A stretch of DNA of 64,000 bases from the human T2T-CHM13v2.0 reference genome, Homo sapiens, in the NCBI GenBank assembly GCA_009914755.4, contig CP068257.2, forward strand, positions 36,512,001 through 36,576,000, written 5' to 3'. The translations under genes and the position numbers were made by a program. The notes beneath the pieces are model-generated. The model was not told the DNA's origin and did no database searches. It saw only the letters and a list, made by a program, of their open reading frames with translations. The stretch's first letter is position 1. Each line of letters begins with the position of its first letter. This document shows, one piece after another, positions 14,225-27,247 of this stretch.

Positions 14225-14700
14225 TGGGGATATGATTGTTTTAAATTGTAGGTTTTATTATTATTCAGGCATAGTGAGTTCAGCAGATCAGGAGATGACT
14301 GCCATTGAAAGGATGGTTTATTACTCACAGTTCCCAAGAGCAGGAGGCAGCCACACCATACAGGGCCTTTTGGGGAAGTGCCAGGATTGGTCAGGAAGCA
14401 GAGGGGCTGGGAGGAAAACATGGACAAGAGCATTTATTACAGTTTCTGTGAGAAGGAACAGGTGAGGCAGGATAGACAGACTTAGGATTGTCTGGTTTAA
14501 TAATTCCAAAGGGCTCTGGGCTGCAGGGGCTGTCTCTCATTGCCTGGTACCTGGCCATGGGATGATTTGGGCAGGTGAATGGTGGGGGAGGCTTGTGAGA
14601 ATCTGATAAAGAAGGTCTTTGGGGCATGGGCTCTGGGTTAGTTGGTTTGCATCTGGAAGACACCCTTGTAGGCAAATAATTTACTATCTTTAGAAATTGG
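14225..14700 (-). mobile_element. MaLR-like LTR fragment, antisense
   Basis: ggtttattactcacagttcccaagagcaggaggcagccacaccatacagggcc..., the antisense of the MaLR ...ctcacagttctggaggctgg... block. Confidence 0.35.
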
Positions 14701-16384
14701 CTATCCCTGGGAGGGGCAGTCTCTCCAGGGTCAGCAAGGCCCCAGATGTCAAAGCTTCAGAATTAGAAGATATGCTTAATGCATTGACCTGGAAGACCTG
14801 GGCTGACAAGAGGGACAGGGACTGCTGCCTGGTCTAAAGAGTCACCTCTTAGGACCAGTGTCCTCCCCTTTGTTAAAAGAAGACAAAGAGTCCTTGAAGA
14901 ATGATCATAAAAAGATGATGCCAAAGTGTCTTGGGGAGACAGCCACATTTTTCAGAGCTGTAGCCACATGTCTCAAAGATGTAGACTTGTGGGTAAATGG
15001 TACTTGAAGCAGAAAGCAAATGTGACACTTAGTGATTGTAAGTAATCAAGATGACACTTCTTGGTAATTAGGCAGAGACGATAAGTAATTTTTTAAAAGT
15101 TTCAGATGCCTATTGCTTTTGATTTTCTCTCCTCTCTTTGTTAGTCTCCTAATGTCAATAAGTAGAATTCATGCCAATGACACCTAACATCAGTCCTTTC
15201 TCCCTGGCCCAGCAAATAAACAAAAACACAGAGGAGGCTGCCTGGAGAACTGAGTGTTGCCTCTCACCTGCAGCACACAGGACAAGCTGGGTTCTTCGGG
15301 CTCCACATTAGAGGTCTCTTTCAACCAGTACCCAGATCCCAGCCCACCTTCTCTTGGCTGAGTTCTGGAGCAGACTTCCAAGTGCTCTTTTATTTCTGTT
15401 TGGAATCTGGGAGTCTTGGTGGTTGAAGACATAAGGCACCAAGATATCTGGGCTTGGAGGGGAGGATTCTAGAGTTCTAAGCAGGGGCACTAAGCTCTAG
15501 CATTGAGAAGTAGAAATGGAAGAGAGGAGAGGGACGAGTATTGTGAACAAAAAGTTGGGGTGGCTGGGTTTTGTACACCCAGAGGTTCTCAATGAATGAG
15601 TCTCCATCAGCCCCTGAGGCTTCCTCTCTCTCAAGGGGCAGGAGAATACCTGGAGGAAGTGGGGTAAAGAGGTCATGGAGATTAGCAGTTTTTCACCCTT
15701 TGAAAGTGTTAGGCCATGTGATGGAGCCTCCAGACCCAGAATCTCATTTAGTCCTTATACAACCTGAAAAAGTCTTCCAAAACCTTAGGGGCAAACACAT
15801 CCCATCTCTTTCATTTTTCCCCCCAATGAAAATGGGTTTATCCTTTAAGGGCACTCTTATTTGGAGGTCCAGTACTCCCCCCTTTGATGTTCTCTCCTCC
15901 TCAAATTGTCCACAAACCTAGAGGGCTGATGTGGTCCAAATGGACCCAGGTTTAATCAAACTGTCTCCCCAATGAAAGCTAAGCTTCAGTTGGTGCTCGC
16001 TGCCACATGGCTTGAGCTGAGTGCTGGTCCTTTCCACCTGAAAGATACTGCCGGGCAGCTGCTGACCCAAGCTCTTTCCCAAGACATTGTGTTTTTTTAA
16101 GAGTGGCCAATGATACTCACTTGGAGCTAAACTCAGCTAATAGGATGCCATGATCTGAGGGCCTCTGCCTTTAGAGCTCAACCACTAGAACAAAAGGTCT
16201 CTCCCTACCCCCTCCTTCTAAGGGTGGACTCCTTGCTACTAGCAGGGAGCCAGACAGTCTTCTTAGACGTTCCCCTGAAAGTAAAGCTGCTACCTGCTCA
16301 CCCTTAGGCAGCTACACCTGATTCCAAGCTCTTTCAGTATCTTGAAATTGCTCGATTCTCTTTCTTTTTCGTTTCTCAATATAT

Positions 16385-18640
16385 TTTATTTTTAGAGCAG
16401 TTTATGTTCACAGCAAAATTGAGAAGAAAGTACAGAAAGTTTCCACACACCCCCAGTCTCCATACATGATGGCATCACCCTAGTCAGCAGTCCACACCAG
16501 AGTGGTACATTTGTTACAAATGATGAATCCGCACTGACAACTTATAATCACCCAAAGCCCATAGTCTAAGTTAGGGTCACTCTCAGTGCCATATATTTTA
16601 TGTGATTTGACTATATGTAATGACAGGTATCCACAGAGATACCTGTATGACAGAGTGCCATACAGAACAGTTTCACTGCACTGAAAATCCTCTGGGATCC
16701 TCCCATTAATCACTCCCTCCCACCAACCTCTTTTCATTGTTTCCATAGTTGTGCCCTTTTACAGAATGCCAGACCATTATAACAACACAGTATGGAGCCT
16801 TTTTAGATTGGCATCTTTCTGAGTTTTGGAAATTATGTAAAAACCTGCTCTACATGTCCCTGAGAAGGTTTTGATTGGATATAAGTTTTCAACTCGCTTG
16901 TGAAAATACCAAGAAGTATCCTTGATGAATTGTATGGTAGGAATCTGTTTAGTTTTGTAAGTAACAGCCAAATTGTCTTCTGAAGTGCTAGTAATATTTT
17001 TCATAATCACCAGCAATGAATGAGAGTTCCTGCTGCCCCACATCCTCACCAGCATTTGGTGTTGTCAGGGTTTTATATCTTGTCTGTTCTAATAAAAGTG
17101 TAGTGCCATCTCATTGTTGCTTTGACTTGCAGTTTCCTGATGACATATGATGTTGAGAGTTTTTTCATATGCTCATTTGCCATATTTATATCTTTTTTGA
17201 CAGAGTGTCTGTTCAGGCCTTTTGCCCATTCTTTAATAGGTTGTTCATTTTTTTGTTGTTGTTGAGTTGCAAGTATTCTTTGAATATCTTGAATAATATT
17301 TCTTTCCAGATATGTACTATGAAAATATTTTTCTTCCAGTCCATGGCTTGTCTTCTCATTCTCTTGACAATGTCTCTCACAGAATTTTGGGTCTTTTTTG
17401 TTTGTTTTTAAATTTCAATGAAGGTCAGCATATTACCACTGTATTCATGGTGAATTAGATTTTCTCCTGTCTTCTTCTAGGGGTTTTATAGTTTTGTGTT
17501 TACATTTAGGTCTGTGACCCATTATGAGTTAATTTTTGAAAGGGGTGTAAGGGCTAGGCCTATAGTCATTTTTTTTTTCCTGCATGTGGATGTTTAGTTG
17601 TTACAGCACCATTTCTTGAACAGATTATCTTTTCTCCATTGTACTGCCTTTGATTCTTTGTAAAAAATCATCAGTTAACTATATTTGTGTAGATCTATAT
17701 CTGAGGTCTGTATTTTGTTCCTTTGATCTATTTGCCTATTGTTTTGCCAATACAACACTCTCCTGATGATTATGGCATTGTAATAAGTATGGAAGGTGAA
17801 TAATATCAGTCCTTTCACTCTATTATTCTTTAATATTGTATTGATTATTTTGAGTCTTTTTATCCTCATATAAACTTTAGAAGCAGTTTATCAAAATCCA
17901 CAAAATAATTTCCTGGGGTTTAGATTGGGATTGTGTTGAGTCTATAGGTCAACTTGGACAAAAGTAGCATCTTGACAATATTGAGTCTTTATAGAAATAA
18001 AAATAAAATATTTCTCCATTTATTTAGCTGTTTGATTTCTTTCATCAGAATTTTGTTGTTTTCGTCTTGTACTTATTTTGTTAGATTTATAAGTATCTCA
18101 TTTCAGAAAGTGCTAATTTTAATGGAAAACAATTTATTTTTAATTAAAATTCATTTTTAATTATAATTTAATTTATAGGAAAACAGTTTAATTTTGTTAA
18201 CCTTATATCCTGTACCTTATTATAATCACTAGTTTCAGAAATTATTTTTGGTTATTTTGGATTTTCTACATAGACAACACTGTCATTTGTGAAAAAGAGC
18301 AGCCTATTTCATTCTTCACAAGCAATATATCCCCTTTTCTCATATTACTGCATTAAGACTCCCAGTAAAATGTTGAGAAGGGGTGCTGATAGAGAACATC
18401 CTTGCCTTGGTCTCGACGTTAGCAGGGTAATTTCTAGTTTCTCACCATGTTGGTTATGATGGTAGCTCTACATTTTTTAATAATATTCATTATCAAGTTA
18501 AGGAAATTCTCCTGTATTATTGAGCTGGTTTTTACCATGAAAGGGTATTCGATTTTCTCAAGTGCTTTCCTTTCTATTGATAGGGTCATGCTATTTTTCT
18601 TCTTCATATATAGGATGGATTGCATTACTTTCTTTTTATT
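16385..18640 (-). mobile_element. L1MA-type LINE-1, 3' 2.3 kb (ORF2 C-terminal half plus 3'UTR), antisense
   Basis: Left end is the reverse complement of the L1MA 3' terminus (tttatttttagagcagtttatgttcacagcaaaattgag...). Antisense ORF2 blocks follow (ttttgacagagtgtctgttcaggccttttgcccattctttaataggttg...). Confidence 0.8.
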
Positions 18641-19062
18641 TGTTCATTTATTTATTTTCTTTTCAACTTATTTTAGGTTGAAAGGGCACATGTAACAGGT
18701 TTGTTACATGGGTAAATTGTGTGTCATGGGGGCTTTGTGTACAGATAATTTTGTCACCCAGGTGATCGGCCTAATACCTGATAGATAGTTTTTCAATCCT
18801 CACCATCCTCCCACTCTCAACGGTGGACTGGATAAAGAAAATGTGGTACATATACACCATGGAATACTATACAGTTGTTACAAAATGAGATCATGTCCTT
18901 TGCAGCAACGTAGATCGAGTTGGAGGTCATAATGCTAAGTGAATTAATGCAGGAATAGAAACTAAATAAATACTTCATGCTCTCACTTTTAAGTGGGAGC
19001 TAAACAGTAAGTACACAGGGACACAAAGAAGGGAACGATAGACACTGGGGTCTACTCTCTTA
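18640..19062 (-). mobile_element. L1P-type 3' end with internal inversion (twin-priming-like), inserted beside the L1MA
   Basis: 18690-18835 is the antisense of the last ~150 bp of an L1PB/L1PA 3'UTR and is preceded by a degenerate T-rich tail. 18836-19062 is sense L1 (aatgtggtacatatacaccatggaatactatacag...gacactggggtctact), and it ends exactly where the inverted piece begins. Confidence 0.5.
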
Positions 19063-19466
19063 AGAAAAGGCAAGATGACATTCCAGTGTCCACCTGGCTA
19101 GAACAGAAAAAGGAAAAAAAAAAAAAAAGAACATTGACTCATTCCCAGGGCATCTTCCTACACTTAGATTCTGAAAGATAGTATTCTTTCCATCACTCCT
19201 TTCCTTTCTACTCTTAGCACAAATATCCTTAAACAGAATTTTAGAGCCGAAGTCAAAGTCACTTTGTTCCACATACATACCCCAACATCTGCTACTTGTT
19301 CTCTTGATACTTAAATTCACTTAACAGGAGATCTGGCCTTTTTTCCCCAAGCTTTAATTAATGGTTAAATCTTCTGAAAGGCTAGCAGAAGTAATCTGTT
19401 AGTGCAATTGGGTTTCACTCCTAATTCTTAGTGTCATTCTACAGTTCTTTCTCAAGCCGTGACCTG

Positions 19467-19700
19467 TGATCACCATGATCAGGGATTGGCAAACTACAGC
19501 TCATGGGTCAAACTCAGTGAGCTGCTTGTTTTGTACGAGCTGTGAGTGTCCACAAAAGTTTTATTGAAATATAGCCATGCTTCTTCCTTGTCCCTATTTT
19601 CAAAGACCAGTTTTGTTCTATGACAGCAGAGTTGAGTAGTTGCGACAGAGACTGTATTTCCTGCAAAATCTAAAATATTTACTCTCTGACTCTTTACCAA
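19467..19700 (+). mobile_element. Palindromic hAT-like MITE, family B, copy 1 (internally deleted)
   Basis: cagggattggcaaact...gttttattgaaatatagccatgc...gcagagttgagtagttgcgacagagactgtatttcctgcaaaatctaaaatatttactctctgactctttacc. Confidence 0.5.
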
Positions 19701-20027
19701 AAAAACCCCCAAAAAACAAAAAAAAAATTGCTAACTCCTGGTCTAGGTAGTGTGAGGTTCAGTTTCTGGCTCCAGCACTCACTATTGGGGAGGCATTAAG
19801 CCAGTGCCATTCTCCTAGGAAGTGCTCCACATAGCAGCTATTGGCACACAAGTCATGTGGAGATGGGGAATCCTAAGGAAAAGAACGATCGACTTTGGAT
19901 AAACTTATTGAACTTTTAAATTCTGACAGTATCCTGCTTATATAATTTCTGCACATATGGAATCTGCATCCTGAGTTTTTTTCTATCCAGTTCATGTTTG
20001 TACAAGTATCTTATATGTGCAGATGAT

Positions 20028-20085
20028 GAAACAGTGCCTTTAAGCAAATGCCTTTAAGCAATGCCTTTAAACAATGCCTTGAGCA
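20028..20085 (+). repeat. Tandem 13-14 bp repeat x4
   Basis: tgcctttaagcaaatgcctttaagcaatgcctttaaacaatgccttgagcaaaatg. Confidence 0.6.
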
Positions 20086-20619
20086 AAATGATGTATTTGA
20101 GTGAGTTTATTGTCAGTATTACCAAGCACAATGTTTGACTCCTGCTTTGGTAATGTCAGGAAGTGTGGCAGATGGTGGGGAGACAAGAGGAGTCATTCAG
20201 GAAGAAGCCAGGAGCTCCCAGGATAAAAGAAGCAATTAAAATGCAACCCTTGGATGGGCTCAAATGCAGTCTGCCTCCTCTTCCTTATCACGGGCCAGAT
20301 CCAGTCTTTCTTAATTGAAGGGGTCAAGCTAAAGTTCTTATCAACAAAAGTGATGTTGCTTAGGAAAGTCATATTCCTTAGCTAATTTTAGGTGCTGTTT
20401 TGTGCTTCCTGTGTTACCAACCTTCTAAACAGTAAATAAGAGAACATTGCTGTCTATAAAAAAATCTTTTAGTTGTAGTGTCAACTTACAAAAGAATTGA
20501 CAAAAAGGAGTGGAAGTTCTTTTAAGTCCTTGCCAGGCTGCAGAGCAGAGCTAGAAGAACATAAAGTCTTAATCCTTTCCCTGCTCTTTACCTTGGGGGT
20601 GGTGGATGTTTTTCAGGGC

Positions 20620-21118
20620 TCTGTGGGGGACTGGCGTGGTGTTTGGTCATGCTGACTGGGGAGCCAGATGATCTATCTGAGCTCTGGTGTTGGCTTTGCC
20701 ATGTATTCTGAACCGTCGAATCAACCCCTATTCCAGGATGGTTGATTTTATGTGTCAACTTGGAGACATTTTGGGATGAAATTAACGTTTAAATTGATAC
20801 ACTAAGTAAAGTGCATTGCTCTTCATAATGTGGATGGGCTTCATCTAATCAGTTGAAGGCCTGAGTACAACAAAAAGACCAGCTTCCCCGAGCAAGAGGA
20901 AATTCTTCAGCAATTGCCGTCAAGAGTTCATCTGCACCATTGGCTCTCCTGGGTCTCCAGCCTGCTGGTCCACACTGGGACTTGGACTTGCCAGCCTCAA
21001 TAATCATATGAGCCAATTCTTTATAATAAATTTATTTAAATACACACACACACGCACACACACACACACACACACACATATGCGCATTTGATTTCTCTGG
21101 AGAATCCTGACAAATTTA
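20620..21118 (+). mobile_element. ERVL-MaLR-type LTR (MLT1-like) with internal (CA)n
   Basis: ...gtgtcaacttggagacattttgggatgaaattaacgtttaaattgatacactaagtaaagtgcattgctcttcataatgtggatgggcttcatctaatcagttgaaggcctgag...gccaattctttataataaatttatt + (CA)n + tttctctggagaatcctgacaaat. Confidence 0.6.
21046..21078. repeat. (CA)n microsatellite, internal to the MaLR LTR
   Basis: acacacacacacgcacacacacacacacacacacaca. Confidence 0.9.
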
Positions 21119-21299
21119 ATTCTATGAATAGAGTAAAAGTCTCTGTTAACTTATAATAAAGTTCCTGTTCATTTTAAAATAAAAAAAGGTACTATTGGCT
21201 CCTGGTTGAGTCCTTGACCATCATATGCACACATGCTTTAACCCCAGACAGACAGCTTCATTCTTCTTTCTTGCACAGGCAAAACGGCTTCTCATCTTT

Positions 21300-21545
21300 G
21301 GAGTAGTCGAGAGTCTAGGTGCTGGATCCAGACTCCCTAGGTTCAAATCCGAGCTCTATCACTTGGTAGCTTTGTGACCTTGGGTAAACCACTTACTTAC
21401 TCTAGGCCTCAATTCCCTCATCTGTAAAATGGCAAAATAAGAATACTCACCACATAGGATTATTGTGAAAAGTAATGACTTAATGCAAGTAAAGCGCTTA
21501 ACAAATTATCTGGCACTCAGTAAATGCTTGTCCCACTTAGAATAG
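21300..21545 (+). mobile_element. MIR SINE
   Basis: ...ttgtgaccttgggtaaaccacttacttactctaggcctcaattccctcatctgtaaaatggcaaaataagaatactcaccacataggattattgtgaaaagtaatgacttaatgcaagtaaagcgcttaacaaattatctggcactcagtaaatgcttg. Confidence 0.8.
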
Positions 21546-23044
21546 ACCTGGTTTGTCTGCAGTGATGAAACATCAGTCTGCTGAGAACTTGGCTAGAAAT
21601 GCTTAAGTAGTTGAGTGGAGCCTTAAAAGAAGCAAGTAAAAAAAAAAAATTCTGCTATGTGCCTGAAGGAGGGAGAAATGAAATCCTTGGCAAATAGAAT
21701 GAATAATTTCCCCAGTTACTATTATTAATATGTATTATGTGGCTAGCTTCACCTTGTTTTCTTGCTCAGGGAAAATAATTTCTTTGAATATTAGATTGAT
21801 GCTTCTATCAAAAAGCATCTTCTCTGTCCTGTTTAACAGAGAAAACATGGTTCCCCTCCTCCAGTAGTTAAAGCCCTGAGCTGTGTCCTCCAGTGCCCAA
21901 GCAGATAGCATTTAGTATCTTGGGCTGTTATCAAGGAGCTTCTTTATAGAAGGAATTACACCTTCGGTGGTTGGGGGTGGGGGAAATAGTTAAAATGCAA
22001 ATGTATCAGTATTTACTAGCTTTTGGAGCTCACGTCTCGCGCATTTCATTCTGAACTTTTTGCTCAATGCCTCTGAAATCACCCTTGCTAATTTAGGCCC
22101 CTCGGAAATAATTCCACCAAGGCAGAAAATTGGCAACCAAAGAAGTTTCACTGGCCTTTAGATCATTTTCTTTCTTAACTTGTAATTTTCCGTTGCTTTC
22201 TGTTCTCCATTAACTTTTCATTTGTCCATTATATTACATGTGTAGTGGCAACCTTGATTTTGATACATGATGTATATTCACTGAGCAAGGGGGTTGATCC
22301 ATTATGTGGACCCCTTCTGGGAATATGTGGACTGTGTCTATCAATTTAAGAATGTTATATATGGAAACATAATGAGTATTATAAATAAGTTTTAAAAACC
22401 TATGCACACAGATAATGAACTTCAGGGACATTTTAAATGAATTTTCCTTGTTTTTAGCTGAATACCCAATAAGAGTCTAGGTATATTATAGGTGAGTGAT
22501 CTGTGCCCTTGATAACCTTGAAATTTGGAATTTTTGTACTGAATAAGATTCATGCTAAGCATTTAAGGGCAGTCTGTTGGATTCATGGCAAGTGTTATCT
22601 ATTGGATTCATAAGATGGATCTTGGAGAACTTTTTATAAATAGATAATCCCATGTGCTATACCTGTGAGATTCCTAGAGCATAGAGATAATCGCTCTTTC
22701 ACCATTGCCATTTATAAATGTGAAAAAAGTCTGAAAACTCAGTGAGGAGCCTTAAAGAATGTCTAGGCACCCAACTCTTGATGCATACAAGCTACCCAGT
22801 GTAAGAATGTGCATCTTATGAATACTGAATATTCAGCATTGGTTGAAAGGTGTGTGGGATAATCGTGTGATAGTGGGAGGAGGATGGCCTTTATTATTTG
22901 TAAATATGATATTTAATGCAACCCAAGTTTTAATTTTAAGCCATTTCTCATTAGTGCATCTTCATATGAAATTTGAATAGTATGAAATCAATTATGCAGA
23001 GGAAAAGTACTTGACTATTGATAGGAAGAAGGAATGCTGTATTA

Positions 23045-23465
23045 GGAGTCAGGAGACATAGCTCAGTACTTACTCAATCTGTGACTTTCAACAAACAATT
23101 GTTCCCCTCTAAGCCTCAGTCTCCTGAGTTGTAAAATGAAAGAATGACACTGGATCCTGTTTCTAGGTTCCTTTGCACTTTCAAAATCTTTAAGAATCTT
23201 TTGTTGTTGTTGACAAAAGGATTTAAAGAGTAGGGACAAGTGACCATCCATAAGTGATGAAAAGAAAAGTTAACCTAAGAGATACATAAAGTGGGGAAGC
23301 AGCAGAGTTACAGTTGGAGAAACCAGGGAGTGAAGTCGAGGTGTGCCACATTCCCTCTAGATGACTCTTGAAGGGTTGGGTTTCTCTTCTGTAAAACAGA
23401 GACCATAGCTCAGAGGTTTGTTATAAGGATTAAATGAGATAATGCATAAAACATGCTTCCAGGAA
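23045..23465 (+). mobile_element. MIR SINE fragments
   Basis: ctgtgactttcaacaaacaattgttcccctctaagcctcagtctcctgagttgtaaaatg... and ...ttctcttctgtaaaacagagaccatagctcagaggtttgttataaggattaaatgagataatgcataaaacatg. Confidence 0.6.
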
Positions 23466-24299
23466 TAAAGAATCATGGAAGTGAATAAGGAAGAAAGGAG
23501 ATGGAGGAAGAGGAGGAAGAGAAAATGACTTAGAAAATGTGTGATTAACTAAGTAATTAATCCTTCTAAAACTTTCACATTCAGCCAAAGCACATTTGTG
23601 CATACAACTCTCATTTGTCTACCTTGGAATAATCAATTTTGTGAGTTATTCACAGAAGATGAGTGAACTCAGCCAGGTTTTCTAATACTCTGCTACCTTC
23701 TTGTTCACCTATTTTCTGACTAGGAGGCATGTAACTCAAGTTTTCATCAGCCTAAGCCCAACCACATTTTGGAGACATGTCTGCATCACAAATTATCTTG
23801 GGCTTTCAAAAATCAAAAATAAACCACTTTACCAAAAATCAATCCCACTCCATCACTTTGGTTTCTCTGTGCCTTGTGCGCCATTATTGGCATGAGGAGT
23901 TGTGAGCTAACCGTGCCACATTTTCAGGAGCCTTTGTGCCATCCTGTTTCAGCCCTTGACAGGTGCTCCTGCGGGGTTCTCAAGCTTTCCTTTTGATTTC
24001 CCCAGGATATTATCATTGTGGCTGGTCAAGGGAGGGGACATCCTGAGAAAATCAGCCAACAGTTCCTCCTGGAAAATCCAAGCTCTCTGATTAGAGGGGC
24101 AAGAAATCCAACTGATATGTATTTAAGCACTTTTATAGAATTCCCGCTATGTGCCAGCTGCACATAGTTCCTAGGTAATAGGATGCAGCAGCCAACTAGC
24201 TGACCAAGTCCTCTTGAAGCTAACATTTTAGTGGAGAATGTAGATAACCCCTCAAAAAATTAATAAAGAAGAAATAAAATTTTTGATAATGGGATGTAT

Positions 24300-24970
24300 T
24301 ATGAAGAAAAATAAAAGCAGGGGAAGGGGCAGTGAAAGTGATGGGGTGGTCTGGAAAGGTCGATCTGAGGAGGTGATTTTTGAGATCTGAATGCAGTGGG
24401 AGAACAAGCCATGGGGAGGAATAGAGAAAAAGCAATGGAGGCACAGAAAATATTAAATACACAGTGGGTGGAAACAAACAATTAACTTGGCCAGTGCAGC
24501 TGGAACAGGGTAATGGTTGAAGGACGGAGCCCATTCAGGTAGGCAAAGGTTGGAGTTTCAAGACCTTGTCAGCTAAAGTAAGGGGTTTGGATCTTATCAG
24601 AATTGAGATGGTAATCTATTGAATGGTTTTGAGTTGGAGAATGATGCAACTTATTTGCATATTAAAAAGATTACTCTGACTAACATATTGATAACAGACT
24701 GTCATGAGACCAGAGTGGAAGCTGGTTAGTAGATGACTGAAACTGTTTAGGAGAGAGAAGACCGTGCATTTCACTAGAGTAGTTATAGCAGGGGTAGTGT
24801 AGAATAATGGGATTCAGTACATATTTTGGAGAAAAATCCAGCCTGACTTTTCGCTGTGTTTATGTGGGACGTAAAGGGAAAGAAGGAGTCAAGGATAACT
24901 GCTAGGTTTCTGTTTTTAGCGACTGGGTAAATGGTGGTGGTGTTAACTGAGGAGATGAGGTGCTGTATCA
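24300..24970 (+). mobile_element. Ancient L2/CR1-like LINE relic
   Basis: Diverged similarity to the L2 3' region (ggaggtgatttttgagatctgaatgcagtggg...gtaatggttgaaggacggagcccattcaggtaggcaaaggttggagtttcaagacc...). The family is uncertain. Confidence 0.35.
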
Positions 24971-25710
24971 GTGAGGACTCATGCAGGAAAAAAGGAACCA
25001 CTCCAGGTGTATTAAGTATGAAGTGGTTTAATAAAGGGAATCGAGTGCTTTCAAAAGCATTGGATTAGCTGAGGAAACACAAGTTAGAGAAGGTGCCCGG
25101 TAGTATTTAGTTCTGCTGTCACTGCTTGGGCCAGTGAATTCAGAAGTTGTTGCTACCACTCAGATGAGGAAAGTAAAGGAAAACTAGTGCTGCCCTACAG
25201 CACTGAGAAGAGTAACTGGAATGGATCACCCAGAAGCCACCGCAAAAACTCTTGTCTGCCAAAGCTTTCGTGTCCTACATTGATGCATGGGGAAGAAGAG
25301 TATGTTCTGTGCTCTTTCATCTTTGAAATCTCTCACTAGTGCACCTCATTAGCAGAATATCGCTGCAACCAGAAACTGAAAGGCAGAAGAATCTGACAGA
25401 TAAAGTTTCCAGCCTTTCAGCTGGCATTGCAAAAGAAAGCATATAACACAGGACAGAGGAGAGCAATAGAATCTTGTAGGCTAAGGGACAGATAATAAAA
25501 TATTTGTATTGTTATGTCATAAATCTGTGTGTCTATCGGACATCCAAGCAGAAGTGTCAAGTAGGAAGTAGAATACACAAGTCCAGGAATCATGGGAAAG
25601 GTCAAGGATGGAAATATAAATTGGGGAGCCATTAGAACATAAATGGTAATTAAAGGCATGCAAGTGGAGAGTATTACCTAAGGAGTAAGTGTAGATAGAG
25701 AAAGGTCTTA

Positions 25711-26144
<434 letters not shown>

Positions 26145-26275
26145 TCAAGACTACAAGAGGGCTTAGAGGTCAGGAAGAAGAGGAGATGCCAGTCAATGCG
26201 ACTGACAAGGTGGGAGAGCAATCTACAGAGTATGGTCCTCTGAAAGTCAAATGTCAAATACTGATGAGAGTTATG

Positions 26276-26458
26276 TTTTGTTTTGCTTTTGTTTTTGCTT
26301 TTGTTTTTGTTTTGAGACAGTCTCTTTCTGTCACCTAGGCTGGAGTGCAGTGGTTCAATCACGGATCACTGCAGCCTCCACCTCCCAGTTCAAGAAATTC
26401 TCATGTCTCAGCCTCCTGAGCAGCTAGGATTACAGGTATGTTCCACCGTGCCTGGCCT
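26276..26458 (-). mobile_element. Alu (antisense, internally deleted, ~150 bp) with (GTTTT)n-type tail, inserted at the poly-A end of the L1PA
   Basis: gagacagtctctttctgtcacctaggctggagtgcagtggttcaatcac...cagcctcctgagcagctaggattacaggtatgttccaccgtgcctggcc. Flanked by ctgatgagagtt at 26260-26271 and 26467-26478. Confidence 0.8.
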
Positions 26459-26471
26459 GATGAGAGTTTTT

Positions 26472-27247
26472 GTTTTTTAAATTAAATTAAATTAAATTTT
26501 ACGTTCTGGGATACATGTGCAGGAAGTGCGGGTTTGTTACATAGGTAAACGTGTGCCATGGTGGTTTGCTACACCTATCAACCCATCACCTAGGGATTAA
26601 GCCCAGCATGCATTAGCTATTTATCCTGATGCTCTCCCTCGTTTCAGCCCCTCGCTGACAGACCCCAGTGTGTGTTGTTCCCCTCCCTGCATCCATGTAT
26701 TCTCATTGTTTAGCTGCCACTTGTAAGTGAGAACATATGGTGTTTGGTTTCCTGTTCCTGTATTAGTTTGCTGAGGATGATGGTGTCCAGCTCCATCCAT
26801 GTCCCTGCAAGGGACATGATCTCGTTCCTTTATATGGCTTCATAATATTCCATGGTGTATATGTACCACACTTTCTTTATCCAGTCTATCACTGATGGGC
26901 ATTTGGGTTGATTCCATGTCTTTGCTATTGTGAATAGTGCTGCAGTGAACATACGCATGCATGTATCTTTATAATAGAATAATTTCTATTCCTTTGGGTA
27001 TATACTCAGTAATGGGATTGCTGGGTCAAATGGTATCTCTGGTTCTAGTTCTTGGAGGAATTGCCACACTGTCTTCCACAATGGTTGAACTGATTTACAT
27101 TCCCACCAACAGTGTAAAAGCATTCCTGTTTCTCCACAGCCTTGCCAGCATCTGTTGTTTCTTGACTTTTTAATAATCGCCATTCTGACTGGCGTGAGAT
27201 GGTATCTCATTGTGGTTTTGATTTGCATGTCTCTAATGCTCAGTGAT
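26472..27247 (-). mobile_element. L1PA 3' end (about 780 bp, 5'-truncated), antisense
   Basis: (ttaaa)n tail complement, then ttttacgttctgggatacatgtgcaggaagtgcgggtttgttacataggtaaacgtgtgccatggtggtttgc...ctcattgtggttttgatttgcatgtctctaatgctcagtgatga. TSD tgatgagagtttt at 26468-26480 and 27243-27255. Confidence 0.9.

Noticed and set aside
14013-14465. 150-aa plus-strand ORF
   Set aside because: Runs through an antisense MaLR LTR fragment. No coding signature.
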